Of a stretch of DNA of 64,000 bases, positions 12,462 to 25,780 are shown one piece after another. Position numbers and translations under genes: made by a program. The notes under the pieces were generated by a model that worked only from the letters and a program-made list of their open reading frames with translations, ran no database searches and was not told the origin of the DNA. This DNA is from Octopus vulgaris (Eukaryota): contig OX597830.1 of the NCBI GenBank assembly GCA_951406725.2, positions 25,358,001-25,422,000 on the forward strand, given 5' to 3'. The number at the start of each line of letters is the position of its first letter. Position 1 is the stretch's first letter.

Positions 12462-13220
12462 TTACACTATTTTTTCTTTCAAGTGATCTATTTCGATTTT
12501 TGATATATTTTAACTTTCGGAATGTATCGTCTTAAGTTAGACAGTTGGGTCCAGTGTTGGGCAGTTGTCTGGGGACTTTACGGATCTGGGAGCTCAATTC
12601 TGATCTATGAATGCTGTGGCTTGCTGTCAATAAATAACACTATAGAGTCCTGTGTACTGATTTTCCAGGGGGGTCTATAATGCTACTAAGACAACCCTGG
12701 TTGGGTCCAACACTCATTTGGGTCATGGTTATTTTCTTTCCAAATTTTATACCAGAATACCACTGTTGTTTCATTTGGTGGCTAGGGTCTGGATATCAAA
12801 TATGTATGTATAATACAAACGTATTCCTTTCGTGTCCATTTATGTTTTTCCGTTTTATTCGAGAGACACGAGAAGTAAAATCTGGTTCTTAGTACCTCTG
12901 CCTTAGCGAAGGCGGAGGTATTGCTTTCACTCGTGTTTGTTTGTCCGTGAACAAGATATCTCAAGAGCCGCTAGATGGATTCGGATGAAACTTCCAGGGA
13001 TGTTTGGCTTCGCGACTGGCACGAACTGATTAGTTTTTTTGGATCGATCCGGTACCGAACAAAGATTCTGGATTATTTTTCTTGATTTTTTTTTACTTAA
13101 GTTTTAAGAGCGGTCGGTTTCATTTTCAGTTTTCTTGTTTGTGATACCAGTCGAGTTTATTTCAGATATTCTCATTTTAAAAATCATCTCTGGCTAATCG
13201 TTGATAGGACGTTGGCGTTG

Positions 13221-14946
13221 TCGTTAGTGTTTTATTTGAGTTAGTGAGTTGGAAGTGTATACGTTCCATGTGAGTGCTGCTATTGTTTAACTGTTATTTA
13301 TTGAATTGTTGAACTTGTTACGGTTTTTTAATTTTCTTCCCCATTTATGGGTGAAGTTATGAACAATATGGAAGGTACATCAGTGCAAGCGGGCAGTTAT
13401 GCTGCAGTGACTAGCAGAGGTACTGCAAGTTAAAGAAATTAAATTACAGGAGAAAAACTTTAAGAAATGTAATAATTTATTGAGAAAGGAGGGAGATAGC
13501 CTAAGGCCGACGCCTCCCAAAGAAGTGTTAGGAAAAAAACGGAGAAGGAAACTATTGTGTACAGAACATTGAATATTGCAACAAAAAAAGGTGGAAATAG
13601 CAGCGGTGGAGACGGTCGAGGTGTGCCTGAGAGAGATTAAGAACGTAACGACGTACTACACCAGAGGAAGGAAATATGGCACAGTGGAGGTACGCTTCGT
13701 GAGTGAAGAAGAAGCGAGAAAATATTCTACTGTGCCTTTGAGATCAGCAGAGTGGGCACTACTACCGACTTACTGTGGCAAACGTGCGGCCAGAGTAAGA
13801 ATAGGTAGAGTTCTCCCAGATGAGGTGTGGCTGGTGGCAGCCATTCTCTTCAACACAGAGAAGGACACTGAGATATTGGAAATATCAAGAACTACAGAGG
13901 TGAACTGCTGGGGGTTTGGACCAGAGGTATTGGTCCATATAAGCTTTCCAGACCTCCACAAGATTGCAGAAGAATTGATACTGCCAGACGAAGCAAGGTT
14001 GAGAATAGTGGTGGAAGGAAGACCGCCTGTATGTTTTCTTTGTGGAGTAAGAGGACACATGAAAGCTAAGTGTCTTCAGAAACACGAAGAGGAGGAGACA
14101 GGGAAGGAATATTAGGAAGAAGAGGATGAAACCGTGGAGGAGGAGGAAATGGAAGAGCAATATGCAGTGGTAAAAGGAAAGAAGAGTAATGACTCACCAC
14201 CAAAAAGTCCAAGGAAGAAAAGAAAGGCAAGTGGAGAGGAGAAGCAGAGTGAAAAAACAAGAGAATACGGATGAGAAGAGAAAAAACGAAAAGACAACAA
14301 AAGTAAGTGAGGAACGAACGCAGAGACCATCAACTAGCAAGGAGGAAAGAGTACAGAAGAGAAAGGAAAATGAAAGAGAGATGATAACAACACAGAATGA
14401 GAGATAGACAGAGACAGAAATGCCAGTGGCAGAAGAGGGGATTGGTGAGGAAAGAAGGAGAGTGACACCCAAAAGGAAAAACATAAGAACAATGGTGCAA
14501 TACCTAAAAAGTGTAGAGATAGAGAAGAGAATTGCCAAGATGAAGAACGTTATCCGAGTGAAATTAGCGGCCGAAGAGTATAACGAAGGTTTTAAAGCTG
14601 TTTTGTTGGAAAAAGAAAGAGGAGAGAAATTGAAGGAGTTGTTTGGTGAAAGAATAGAAATGACAGGAATACAAATTGGTTACGACGAATTGCCGCCGGT
14701 GGTGGCCTTCGAAGAGTTAATAGAGTATATGTTATAAACCAACAGATACAAGACCTATATGAACTGTTCGTTTAAAAACAATAAAATGAAACTACCTGCT
14801 TTGCGGGGTAGGTAAGCCATTCCATTCTCATTTTCATTATATCTTTAATTCATCCGATATGTATTTTTATGTACCCCAATGTATTGTTTTGTCTGTTTTT
14901 GTTTTGGGCCTTATCTATTGAGGCTTTGTGCCTAATTGAAAAAATA
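13221..14946 (+). mobile_element. ORF1-only Tx1/L1-like non-LTR retroelement with 15-bp TSD
   Basis: Flanked by AGGACGTTGGCGTTG (13206-13220) and AGGACGTAGGTGTTG (14947-14961); gag-like ORF; 3' UTR ending in a hairpin and A-rich tail; no RT. Confidence 0.75.
13347..14737 (+). pseudogene. Frameshifted ORF1 (gag-like, CCHC zinc knuckle)
   Basis: MGEVMNNMEGTSVQAGSYAAV..., RRM-like middle, VVEGRPPV-CFLCGVRGHMKAKC (CX2CX4HX4C), K/E-rich linker, ends ...FEELIEYML*; broken across several frames. Confidence 0.75.
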
Positions 14947-15315
14947 AGGACGTAGGTGTTGCTTTGGCGGAGGTTTGCGCTCTCTTAGTGCTCTCGTTTT
15001 AAATTATCATTTTTTGCCAAGTCCCAATTTATTTGTTTCTGGCGTTGTCAGGTTTCGTGCACTCTATTTTCCGAACCTTTTTAAGCATCAAATTCAAAGT
15101 ACTCACACCTATTCTTACCTTAGGCTGAATGGTGTGGTTTTTTTATATGTGTATAGAATGTCATTTTTTTGTTGGGTAACTAAATCAGTTTGACATGTGT
15201 TTCGTTTGTTTAGAAGCGAATCCACACGTCGGTAAATATTTGTTACTTGATGGTTCCGAAAATATCTTATGATACTAATTTGACTACAACGGATTAAATC
15301 GAAAGAAAAAAACTA

Positions 15316-15475
15316 GCGCAGGCGTGGCTGTGTTATACGAACTTTGCTTCCCAACCATATGGTTCCGGGTTCAGTCCCATTGTGTGGCACCTTGGGCAAA
15401 TGTCTTCTATTATAGCCTCGGGCTGACCAAACCCTTACGAGTGGATTTGGTGGACGGAAACTGAAAGAAGCCCGC

Positions 15476-15514
<39 letters not shown>

Positions 15515-15865
15515 GTGTGTGTCTATATGCCTGTGTTTGTCCCCCACCACCACTTGAAACCGGTGTTGGTGTGTTTACGCCCCCGTAACCTAGCAGTTCA
15601 GCAAAGGAGACCGATACAATAAGTAGCAGGTTTTAAAAAATAGTAAATACTGGGGTTGATTGGTTCGACCACCAACATCGCTTGACAACCGATATTGGTG
15701 TGTTTATACCCCCATAACCTAGCGGTTCGGCAAAAAGACCGATAGAATAAGCACTAGGCTTACAAAGAATAAGCCTTGGGGCCGATTTATTCGACTAAAA
15801 TTCTTCAAAGTGGTGCCCCAGTATGGCCGCAGGCTAATGACTGATAAAAGTAAAAGAATAGAAGA
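15316..15865 (+). mobile_element. SINE family A with internal partial duplication
   Basis: The segment TTGGTGTGTTTA..CCC.TAACCTAGC.GTTC.GCAAA...GACCGATA occurs twice. Confidence 0.88.
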
Positions 15866-17052
15866 TATTTGTGTTATACTTTTGAAATATACCGATCTTT
15901 ACTGTATATATTTGGTTTCAAATATCGGAAAAAGGTTTAACATTTGGCAGCGAAGAGTTTAGTTTTTATCGCCCAATACTTGGCCGATACTTTATTCTAT
16001 CGATTCCTGAAGGATAAAGTGCTAAGTCAGTCCCACCAGGGTCAACTTCGCCTTTCATCCTTCCGGGGCCAATAGAAGTCAAATAATTGAACCGACAATG
16101 CGGCTCCTTCAGACTTTGCTAGAAATCATTAATATTATTTTTTCGAAAAATGAAAATGATTCTTTCAAACAGAAAGAGCTTTTTAAAAAAAATTCGAATA
16201 TTAACGATTGCAATCAATACTAGCTTCTGTAGGATATTCTTAATTGTTTTCACTCGCAGCTGCTTCAGTTAGAATTGAAATTATTTGGGGAATGAATCTA
16301 GGTGGTCTGTCTGCTGTTGGTATCAAACGTGTTCCCTTTAACAATATTCTTAAAAGCACCAACACGATTTCTAGATATTTACCATTTTTTTTCCAATTAA
16401 TTTTACGAATCTAGCAGTTTCAGTTAGAAGGAGTAAAAGAAAAATCATTTGTTTATTTATTGATAATCCTAATATTAGCGCTTCTGTATTTTATGATCTA
16501 AGCTGTTGGGGTTTTAAATGCTACCGTTCTTTTAACTTTAAAAAAAAGGGTGAGTGGTTGTATGGATTAACTTTTAAAAAAAGAGGAAAGCATCTTATAA
16601 GTGGATAATCCTCAGTGATTGGTTTCTAATTTTTACTTTTCATTATTAGTTTGATCTTCAAGGCGGCGATCTGTAATCGATTAGGCCTCTTCCCACAAAT
16701 TTGAGGCCTTGTGAAAGATTCTTGATGTGGACTCGTTTTGAAGCAGATTTAGTTGTATCTCGGGAGGGTCGGCAAACTGACTTTCGGTCTATTGTAGATA
16801 AGATTTCTCTCTCCATGGTCACAGAAACTGGCGTTTAACACTAACCCCACCCCACCTCGCATAATCGGTTCACAAGAAAGAAAGAAAGGGAAGCTAGGGC
16901 AAAAATCACCATATACTCTGTTGCTGCCATTTGAGACCGGTGGCCGCCACGGGACGACATGTTACAACGATCGATACGATTTGGTACTGAACGACTGAGG
17001 CCGATCTGGGGCTGAACAACATTTGCTTTATGCAGCATGCTGAACTTATTTA

Positions 17053-17420
17053 GGCCCAGGCGTGGCTGTGTAAGAAGTTTGCTTCCCGACCACATGGTTC
17101 CGGGTTCATGTCCGCAGCGTGGCACCTTGAGTAAGTGTCTTCTACTATTGCCTCGGGCCGATCAAAGTCTTGTGAGTGGATTTGTTTGACAGAAACTGAA
17201 AGAAGTCTGTCGTATTATATACGTATGTGTGCTCCATCACTGCTCGACAACCGGTGTTGGTAGGTTTACGTCCATGTAATTTATCGGTTCGGCAAAAGAG
17301 ACCGAAAGAATAAATACCAGGCTTAAAAATATAGTAAGGGGTCGATTCGTCCGATTAGTTTCAAGACAGTGTTCCATCTTGGCCGCAGTCAAATGACTGA
17401 AACAAATAAAAGGTAAAAGT
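17053..17420 (+). mobile_element. SINE family A
   Basis: Head through tail present. Confidence 0.88.
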
Positions 17421-17624
17421 TCACGTGTTTAAACAAATTAGTAACATTCAGTGATGCGTGCAACGCTGTCCACATTCCCCCTCTATTCTCGTAAGAGAGG
17501 GATTCTCTCCCAATTTCGGAAATGACCAGAGAGTTAAAAAAAAAGAATTATTGCCATTGGTCAGAAAGGCCCAAAGCCACCAAACACTAGAATTGAACCT
17601 GGAATTTCTGTACTTTATTACCTT

Positions 17625-17750
17625 CTGCCGCAGCCGCGTGGAGCTTAGGCGTTTCACTCATAAACACACACATCGCCCGGTCTAAGATTCGAACCCGCGA
17701 TCTCTCGACCGCGAGTCCGCTGCTCTAACCACTCGGTCATGTGTCTCCAC
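17625..17750 (-). mobile_element. SINE family C, head fragment
   Basis: Similar to 4650-4770. Confidence 0.75.
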
Positions 17751-18589
17751 TACTTTATGGTTGGGGCAACAGCCAAAAAAAAAAAAAAAAAAAAATTTTA
17801 AAACAGAAAGAATTAAGCAACGCAAAGTCAAAATAGGTTTTTATAGTTTTTATTAAACGATGAAAACATCAAATTGTTTAAATATTTTACAGAAAGAGAA
17901 TATGTATCAGTACACACTCGCACACGATACAATGCATTAAATGTGGAAGTCAATTACATAGTAAATATTCACATCCATTATGTAATGGGACAGCTGAGAC
18001 ATTTTATTCATAATATTGTTTTCATATTCTGTCAGACACAAAAATACGTTTTAACCTTTTAACTTTCAAAGGCTTACGTTTAGAATAATAATCATACAAA
18101 CGAAACGTGCCTCAAATAGATCCAAGAGCGGTCTTTAGTAACATGAATACTAACAAAACTTTACACACACACACACACGCACAATTTAAAATGAAAATAA
18201 TATGGTGGCTTAAATACTATTGACAAGTCGTTTATGACTATTCAATAGAAGTGGTTAACCCTAGAGACACCGAAGAAGAGAAAATGGATAATGTAACGTT
18301 CATTATGTCTTTCAAAAGGGCATAAGTAATGAAATTGTTTATATTTGAATATCATAACTATTGGCTGGACTTCAAGAGTAAGTGCTGCTTGTTTATGATA
18401 AACTTGTGTCATCAGCTCGTTATTGTTATTGAAAGTGACTACATTAAGCTAGCGGTTCTAAAACTGACTAGGCAGACCCCCGCTCCTCTGAAATTATCCA
18501 ACTATTTTTGCCTCTTTCTGCTATTCAGTAATAACGAGAAAACAAAATAGTTTGCATCCATATAATTTCGTCATGATGTTAGACAAGTC

Positions 18590-18830
18590 ATCTTATTGAA
18601 CATATATGGTGCATTAAAAAAAAGAAGTAAGGAGTCGATATCCTCCATAATCATCATTACAAGAACAAGAGACTGTTTTAGCTGAAGAATGGGCAAAATT
18701 TCCTTTTGAAACAATTCAAACTTTGTACGAGTCCATACCTCGTTGAATTACTGGTGAAGGTGATCCTACCCCGTATTAAAATAAATTTGTTTGAAATTTT
18801 TAGGTGTTTCTATTATTTTGTCCAACCCTG

Positions 18831-18831
<1 letters not shown>
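18590..18831 (+). mobile_element. Tc1-like transposase C-terminal remnant with 3' TIR
   Basis: LIEHIWCI...VRSRYPP.SSLQEQETVLAEEWAKFPFETIQTLYESIPR...PTPY*, then ATTATTTTGTCCAACCCTG. Confidence 0.75.
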
Positions 18832-18876
<45 letters not shown>

Positions 18877-19106
18877 GGGGTGGGGCGGACTGAACAGTTC
18901 CTGGTTTTGAGTGAAAGAAAATACAGGAAGATCAGTTAATTACGATTTTATTCACGCATACAATTATGATTTCATTCATCCCCTCTCAGATTCACATACT
19001 TGTTTTTCTAAACCCTGTAAAAGAACTCGGATGGTTGAGCCTCCAACCAAGCGTTTCGCGACACCCTTAAAGCCAGGAACTTTTGACACTCCACGCGCGC
19101 GTGTAT

Positions 19107-19168
<62 letters not shown>

Positions 19169-19174
19169 AGGATG

Positions 19175-19500
19175 AGGGTTAAGACCCCTTCAGTCATGAA
19201 TGACCATGGGATTGCACCTAGAAAGTTCCCCTCCGAGGCACAAGTCCAGGCAAGGTTGTTTATGAAAGACCAGCAGTTGCCCATACATATCAGCTTCTCC
19301 TCTCCACACCAATGTTATCCAAGGGAAAGGCAAAGGGGCCGATACAGCTTGGCACCAACGACATCACAATTCATTTCTACAACTGAATGAATTGGAGCAA
19401 CGTGAAATAAAGTGTCTTGCTCAAGAACACAACTTACAGCCCGGTACGCGAATTGAAACACACTACTTCATGATTGAAAGCCCGACGCTCTAACCACTAA
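19175..19500 (-). mobile_element. SINE family D
   Basis: Reverse complement of 2457-2785. Confidence 0.85.
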
Positions 19501-19909
19501 AATTATGTGTACAAGTAACAATACGACAGCTGCTGTTATATTTGGAGCTCCTTGGAGGTTTTCATAATCCGGCTTGCTTTCAGTATTGTTAATTAACTGC
19601 TAAACTAAGCTTCAGAGCAAATGTAGAAAGTATAAGGATAAACACATAAAATAAACCTGTGTTTATCCACATATAATAAATGCTTACGCAAGTTTCATAG
19701 TTTATTTTCTGTGCTTATATATTATGCACGGAGGCATTATTTTAAGTTTTGATACATTTATATTATTACATAAAACCATTCGTAATACAAACTCGCATAG
19801 ATTTAATTGATTTACACATATACATAAACGAAAGCCTTCGTTAAAACTGACATTCGTTTAAATATATATAACTTATAACTATATATTTAAAAAAACACCC
19901 TTCGATGTG

Positions 19910-19940
<31 letters not shown>

Positions 19941-20569
19941 CGTGGGAGAGAGAATATTGTCACTTGGTTGCTTCTGCTAAATTTATATATATATATTCCC
20001 TCTCACACCTACTTCCGACCACCCACCTCTCCTCTTTAGCTCCGACTCCTACTTCTTTTCTTCACTCCTACTCTCCTTCTCTCTTCTCTTCACTCCTTTA
20101 CCTCTTCATTGTCACCCCTCCCTCTTAGCCCCACCCCACCCCTACACAATTCAACTCCACCTTCCCTATCCATCCCATCCCACCCCACACACCCACTCCC
20201 TCATACCCCGACTCTACTCCCACCCTCAGCTTAACCCACATCCCACCCTTGCTTTCTCCACCCTCGCCTCCCCACCTTCCAACACCATCACACCACACCA
20301 TTACACCATATGCCACTATACCACACGACACCACATCACATCACACCACCACGCACGCACTAGCACTGACCACTTCCCAGCCCCACATCCACACACATTC
20401 ACACATACACACGCTTACGCCAAGGTCACCAGCCCTCTTCCACACGCTCATACACACTCTCTTATACACACGCACGTTCACCTTCTTTTTAGGATCACCA
20501 CTACTTTATTATCTCCCCTTCTTCCTCGCTCTCCCCAGTGACCCCTCTGTCCGGCATTTGCCATGATAG

Positions 20570-20700
20570 ATCGCTAGTCACTACACATTCTTTTTCTCTC
20601 CTGTGTTCCTTTCTGTTGAAGAGCGTAGGCTCGAAACGTTAAAGACTTTTTCCCTTTCGGAGCGTTAAACCAAGACATCTGTTTGTTGTCTAAACTTCTT
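20570..20700 (+). mobile_element. Penelope-like pseudo-LTR remnant with hammerhead-like motif (20609-20644)
   Basis: cttt-CTGTTGA-A-GAGC-gtag-GCTC-GAAA-CGTT-aaag. Confidence 0.55.
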
Positions 20701-20879
20701 TACATACAGCCACACCTGCGCCTACACACACACACACACACGCACGCACACACAAACACATATGCATGTATGCAGTTACATATACGATTCGCATTACACA
20801 TACACACACATACGTTTCAGCAAACAAAGCTAAGCAGCTTAGCATATATGTATATTTATCTATTGAATACAATAAAGAT

Positions 20880-21145
20880 TGAGGGTACGTAGCCTAGTGG
20901 TTAAGGTGTTACTCTCGCGATCGTGCGATCGAGGTTTCAATTCATGGAGCGGGTGGTGCATTGTGTTCTTTCGCAAGACACTTCATCTCGCGTTGCTCTG
21001 CGATCATTTCAATACTTCACATGTAGTAAACTGTGCACCCGGTCAGGTTGATTTGATGGAGGGTGTAAGCTGATGTGTAGCACAAACATTTGATTATTAT
21101 TACACACAGTCTGCGCAGCTTGTCCAGCAAGGAATTGCAGAACCG
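20880..21145 (+). mobile_element. tRNA-derived SINE (D-related head, different tail)
   Basis: TAGCCTAGTGGTTAAGG...GGTTTCAATTC...TGTGTTCTTTCGCAAGACACTT. Confidence 0.65.
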
Positions 21146-21154
21146 ACTTTCTCA

Positions 21155-21560
21155 TATACATCCAGCTTGATAGTGGGCACAGAAATGGTGGTCAACCATA
21201 GCTCAGATATAAGGACAAGCTGAGTAGTAACCTCTTAGCGGTCAATATAGGGCACAACACCCTCGAGCAAACAATCTTATTGCGAACAAAATGGAGATCG
21301 TCGTGTCAAAATGGTGTAAGAGATTTTGTTTCAGCCAGTATTAACAGGCTAATGAATGCAAGGCGAAGGAGAAAAGCGGTTGCAAACAAGCCGCCTGCAC
21401 TGACCTGTAATCATCATACCTGCAACAAATGCGGGCTTCTCTGTAAATCGTTGGCGAGACTCAAATGTCACATTCGACATAAGCATTACGACTGACAAAG
21501 AAAGTGTAGGTTGTCGGATCCCCATGCGTCGAAACCGACGAGAGAATCCATAATCATCAT
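21155..21560 (+). pseudogene. RTE-clade LINE 3' end with C2H2 zinc finger
   Basis: G.RNGGQP.LRYKDKL...RTKWRSSCQNGV...RRRRK...CNKCGLLCKSLARLKCHIRHKH*, then a short 3' UTR and (CAT)-type tail. Confidence 0.75.
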
Positions 21561-21649
21561 ATATACACACATATCTATATATATAATCATATGTATATAT
21601 ATATATGTTGAAAAGAGAAAGAGAGCTGGGTCACAAAATTTTATTTATA

Positions 21650-21685
21650 CACACACACACACATATATGTGTGCATAAATAGATA

Positions 21686-21721
<36 letters not shown>

Positions 21722-21816
21722 TATGTGTGTATATATATGTGCATAAATAAATAAACATATATATATATATATATATACATATATGTGTGTATATATATGT
21801 TCATAAATAAATAAAC

Positions 21817-21847
<31 letters not shown>

Positions 21848-21933
21848 TATGTGTGTATATATATGTGCATAAATATATAAACATATATATATATATAAAT
21901 ATATGTGTGTATATATATGTGCATAAATATATA

Positions 21934-21975
<42 letters not shown>

Positions 21976-22004
21976 CATATATGTGTGTATATATATGTGC
22001 ATAA

Positions 22005-22040
<36 letters not shown>
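21650..22040. repeat. Compound minisatellite, unit about 60 bp
   Basis: ATATGTGTGTATATATATGTGCATAAATA.ATAAAC(AT)n repeated about 6 times. Confidence 0.85.
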
Positions 22041-22045
<5 letters not shown>

Positions 22046-22567
22046 TAGAGTAAGTGCAGCATCGACAACACCTCAGAGATAAAAGGAGTTAAAACGGAAG
22101 AATATATATTTTATGAGGAAGAAGAACAGTTTGTTTCGCGTCATAAAATTTTATTCCGTTGTTTGAACTTTTCGTATTTAACAAACATCCACCTCCGCAA
22201 ATCGTTGAATACAAAGGCCATCAATCACTAGTTTTCTCTTATTCTTACTGTTTTACCTTTACCATAGAGATAAAAGGTAAAAAAAGGTGAATTCAGAACA
22301 TGTTTGGGGGAGTGTGAGTAGAAGCGAGTAAGCGAAATACTTCGACGTAATTATAAGTAAAGCACGCTCTATTTTTGTCGATTCACTGCATTATTGGAGT
22401 GAGGAGAGAAGACATTTTTCTACACGTGGTTACATTGTCATAAGTCTCGTGAGGGTACATCATGATGGAATGTCAAGGACAGGATGTCAACCAAGGGTTC
22501 GTTCATTCGCCAATCAATTAATTTACGTTAATCATGTAATGTCACAATCCAATATATGGTGGCGCTA

Positions 22568-22785
22568 TGGCGACGAGCTGGCAGAATCGTTAGCACACCG
22601 GGCAAAATGTTTAGCGGCATTTTGTCCGTCTGCACGCTCTGAATTCAAATGCTGCTGGGGTTGATTTTGCCTCTCATTCTTTCGGGGGTCGATAAAATAA
22701 ATATCAATTGAACACTGGAGAGAGGCGTCGATGTCATCGACTTAACCATTCCCACGAATTACTCGTACCAAAATTTGGAACCAAT
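22568..22785 (+). mobile_element. SINE family B
   Basis: GGCGACGAGCTGGCAGAATCGTTAGC head plus body. Confidence 0.8.
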
Positions 22786-22853
22786 ATATGGCGGGGCACT
22801 TTTTACGTTTTGAGTTCAAATCCCGCGCAATTCACCTTGACCTTTGTCACCTT

Positions 22854-22884
<31 letters not shown>

Positions 22885-23154
22885 CGCACACACACACATA
22901 TGTATGTATGTGTGTTCGTCTTCCATCACTACTTGACAATCGATATTGCTTTGTTTACGTCCCCGTTACAAAGTCGTTCAGCAAAAGAGACCGATAAAAT
23001 AAGTAGCAGGTTTACAAAAATAGAGAATATGTTTGACTAAACCCTTCAAGACGACGCCCTAACATGACCTCAGTTCAAGAACTGAAATGAGTAAAAGATA
23101 TGACACACACACACACACACGTATTAATTTCTATTCCTGTTTCTTCTAATAAAG

Positions 23155-23204
<50 letters not shown>

Positions 23205-23944
23205 CCAGGAACATACGAGCGTGTGTGTACCATTTAATATTTATTTTTATTTTGTGCTTATTGCAAATTAGACGGTCGGCTAACGGCGAACCCATTTCAC
23301 TTTTTGAGAAACCCTACTCGGTCTGAACTAAGACGTCACAAGAAGAAATACATCTCCCTACAGAACATATTTAAACACTTTAAATTTAATTGACCTTTCG
23401 TTACACAAACTAAAAGCTAAACTTGTCATGCTTCACTGTTTATATTCAAACAGTTCTGTTGTCAATATTTGCCGATTGCTGTGTGTAGACCTAATCAATA
23501 AAGAGAGCAACTCCATGACAGTTCCTCTTTTCTGACTGTCGACGGATGCTCCCTTCATCGAAAGATCTCGTTCATTTTCCAACCATGCTAAAATTATAGC
23601 GGCCATTTTGAAAGCAGACTGCTGGTAAAAACAAATATTTTCATTTCATCGGTTTTAACTGTTGATATTTCCTTCGTTGGAGAATTTCTTATTGCATCTG
23701 GTCACATCTGCTGAGCCATTGGTCAACAATTCTGTCAGCTTTACTTGTCTTTTTCTGGAAAAAAGAAAAAAAACAACAACAATATGTGAAAAAAAACTCA
23801 AACAAAATGCACAGAACATTAAAAAGCTGAATAATTTATGAATGAGAAAAACAATATTAAAAAAAACAAAACAATACTATTCACCTAAAATAAAATTGCT
23901 CCTCTCTCTATTGTAGCCTCATTCAGCTGAAGGGAATTTTAATC

Positions 23945-24148
23945 TTGCGAGCCACATGGCGACTCCACTAGTATTGGTGCCATAAAGAAAAGCACCCAGA
24001 ACGCTCTTCAAAGTGGTTGGCGTTAGGAAGGGCATCCCGTCCGTAGAAACCATATTAAAACGGTAATTGGAGCGCAACCAGTCCTTCGACCCGTCGGATC
24101 CTGTCGAACCGTTCAACTCGTGTCAGGATGGAAGACAGACGTTAAAAG

Positions 24149-24203
<55 letters not shown>
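23945..24203 (+). mobile_element. Retroposon 3' end with (TAC)n tail
   Basis: GTGGTTGGCGTTAGGAAGGGCATCC...GACGTTAAA followed by a triplet tail; motif recalled from RTE-associated elements. Confidence 0.5.
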
Positions 24204-24204
<1 letters not shown>

Positions 24205-24603
24205 ACAAGCAAGGGTGACGACTCTTGACATGTTTTGGTTTACTGAGACTTCGTCAGGCAAGTTATATCTTTAACTATACTTGCTGAAGTAATAATGAAA
24301 AAAAAATCACTAAGCAGCAGAAGATTATAATTTATTGGTGTAGCAGTATGGACTTGAAGAATTTGGAGTCGCTATCTACATAAAAACACAACACATAGTT
24401 AAGTTAGTGTTAATATATTCAATGCAAAGAGCATTAAAAGCCTAAAGCAAAACCAGAACAATTCTAATGCAAATGAGAAATATAGAACAGCAACAAATTT
24501 CTAGAAGAAAAAAGTATTCCGGAAAAGATGCATGCGCAAGAAAATACAATGAAAAGCCAAAAGGATAACTGAGGTGGTGAAGTTGTGTCGGTAAGGATTG
24601 GAA

Positions 24604-24950
24604 CAGTGGTTCCCAACCGATGTCTACATGGACCCTGGAGGTCCATATAAGATTTTTGGGGGTCCACACAAGAAAAATTGTAAATTGGGGATTCACTGTA
24701 ATATTGAAAGTGTTCGTGAGAAGATTTTGCTTTATATGTATTTATTGCGAGGAATAGCTAGGTTTCTTTCTCTAATATTCTACATGGTTCAGCATATTTC
24801 CAGCCACTGAAACATGTTCTCTTAGAGAGTGCTTTTGCAAACATACGCAAATAAGCGTTTGAAGAAAAATACAAGCATTTTAAAAGAAGTATTTATGAAG
24901 CTAGTTTTTAAACATCGAATGACTATATATTTAGGCTACCATTGGTTTCA
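24604..24950 (+). mobile_element. hAT-like MITE fragment
   Basis: CAGTGGTTCCCAAC terminus; GGTCCATATAAGATTTT shared with 37597-37670. Confidence 0.5.
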
Positions 24951-25359
24951 TGTTAAGTAGGAAAATATCCTAGTGTATTAATTTTTCAAGCCAATTACAT
25001 GGAGAAAGATGTTCATTTCCATTTTGGGAAAACACATGTGTTTTTCCAAAATGGCGGTGAACACCTTTCTCCATGCGATCAGCTTGAATTTGAATTTGTG
25101 AATGAAGGCCACCATGATTTCATGTTAAAAAAAGTAAGAAAATTTGTGAAAACACTAGGATATTTTCTTACTTTTTTTTAACATGACAATATAACACACA
25201 TATACATACACATACACAAATAACAGACATACACAAACACATACAAATAAAGAAATTATATCCACCAATGTGGTGTTGAGCACTCCTTTTCATCGTTCAA
25301 TATATATATTTATATACACAGAAAGCACGCATACAGAAAGAAATGCTATAATAACTGGA

Positions 25360-25780
<421 letters not shown>

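Larger units (their letters stand above)
12892..14999 (+). mobile_element. Helentron/DINE-like non-autonomous element split by a retro-insertion (12892-13220 plus 14947-14999)
   Basis: 5' ACCTCTGCC..GGCGGAGGT hairpin, short TGTT/TGTC repeat, 3' subterminal GGCGGAGGT, then stem-loop GCGCT-CTCTT-AGTGC and a T run. Confidence 0.6.

Noticed and set aside
16200-16640. Possible RNase H remnant of an I-clade LINE on the minus strand
   Set aside because: Too degraded; only a vague CW....KGN resemblance.
21650-22040. CRISPR-like repeat-spacer pattern
   Set aside because: The spacers are (AT)n, the context is eukaryotic, and there are no cas genes.
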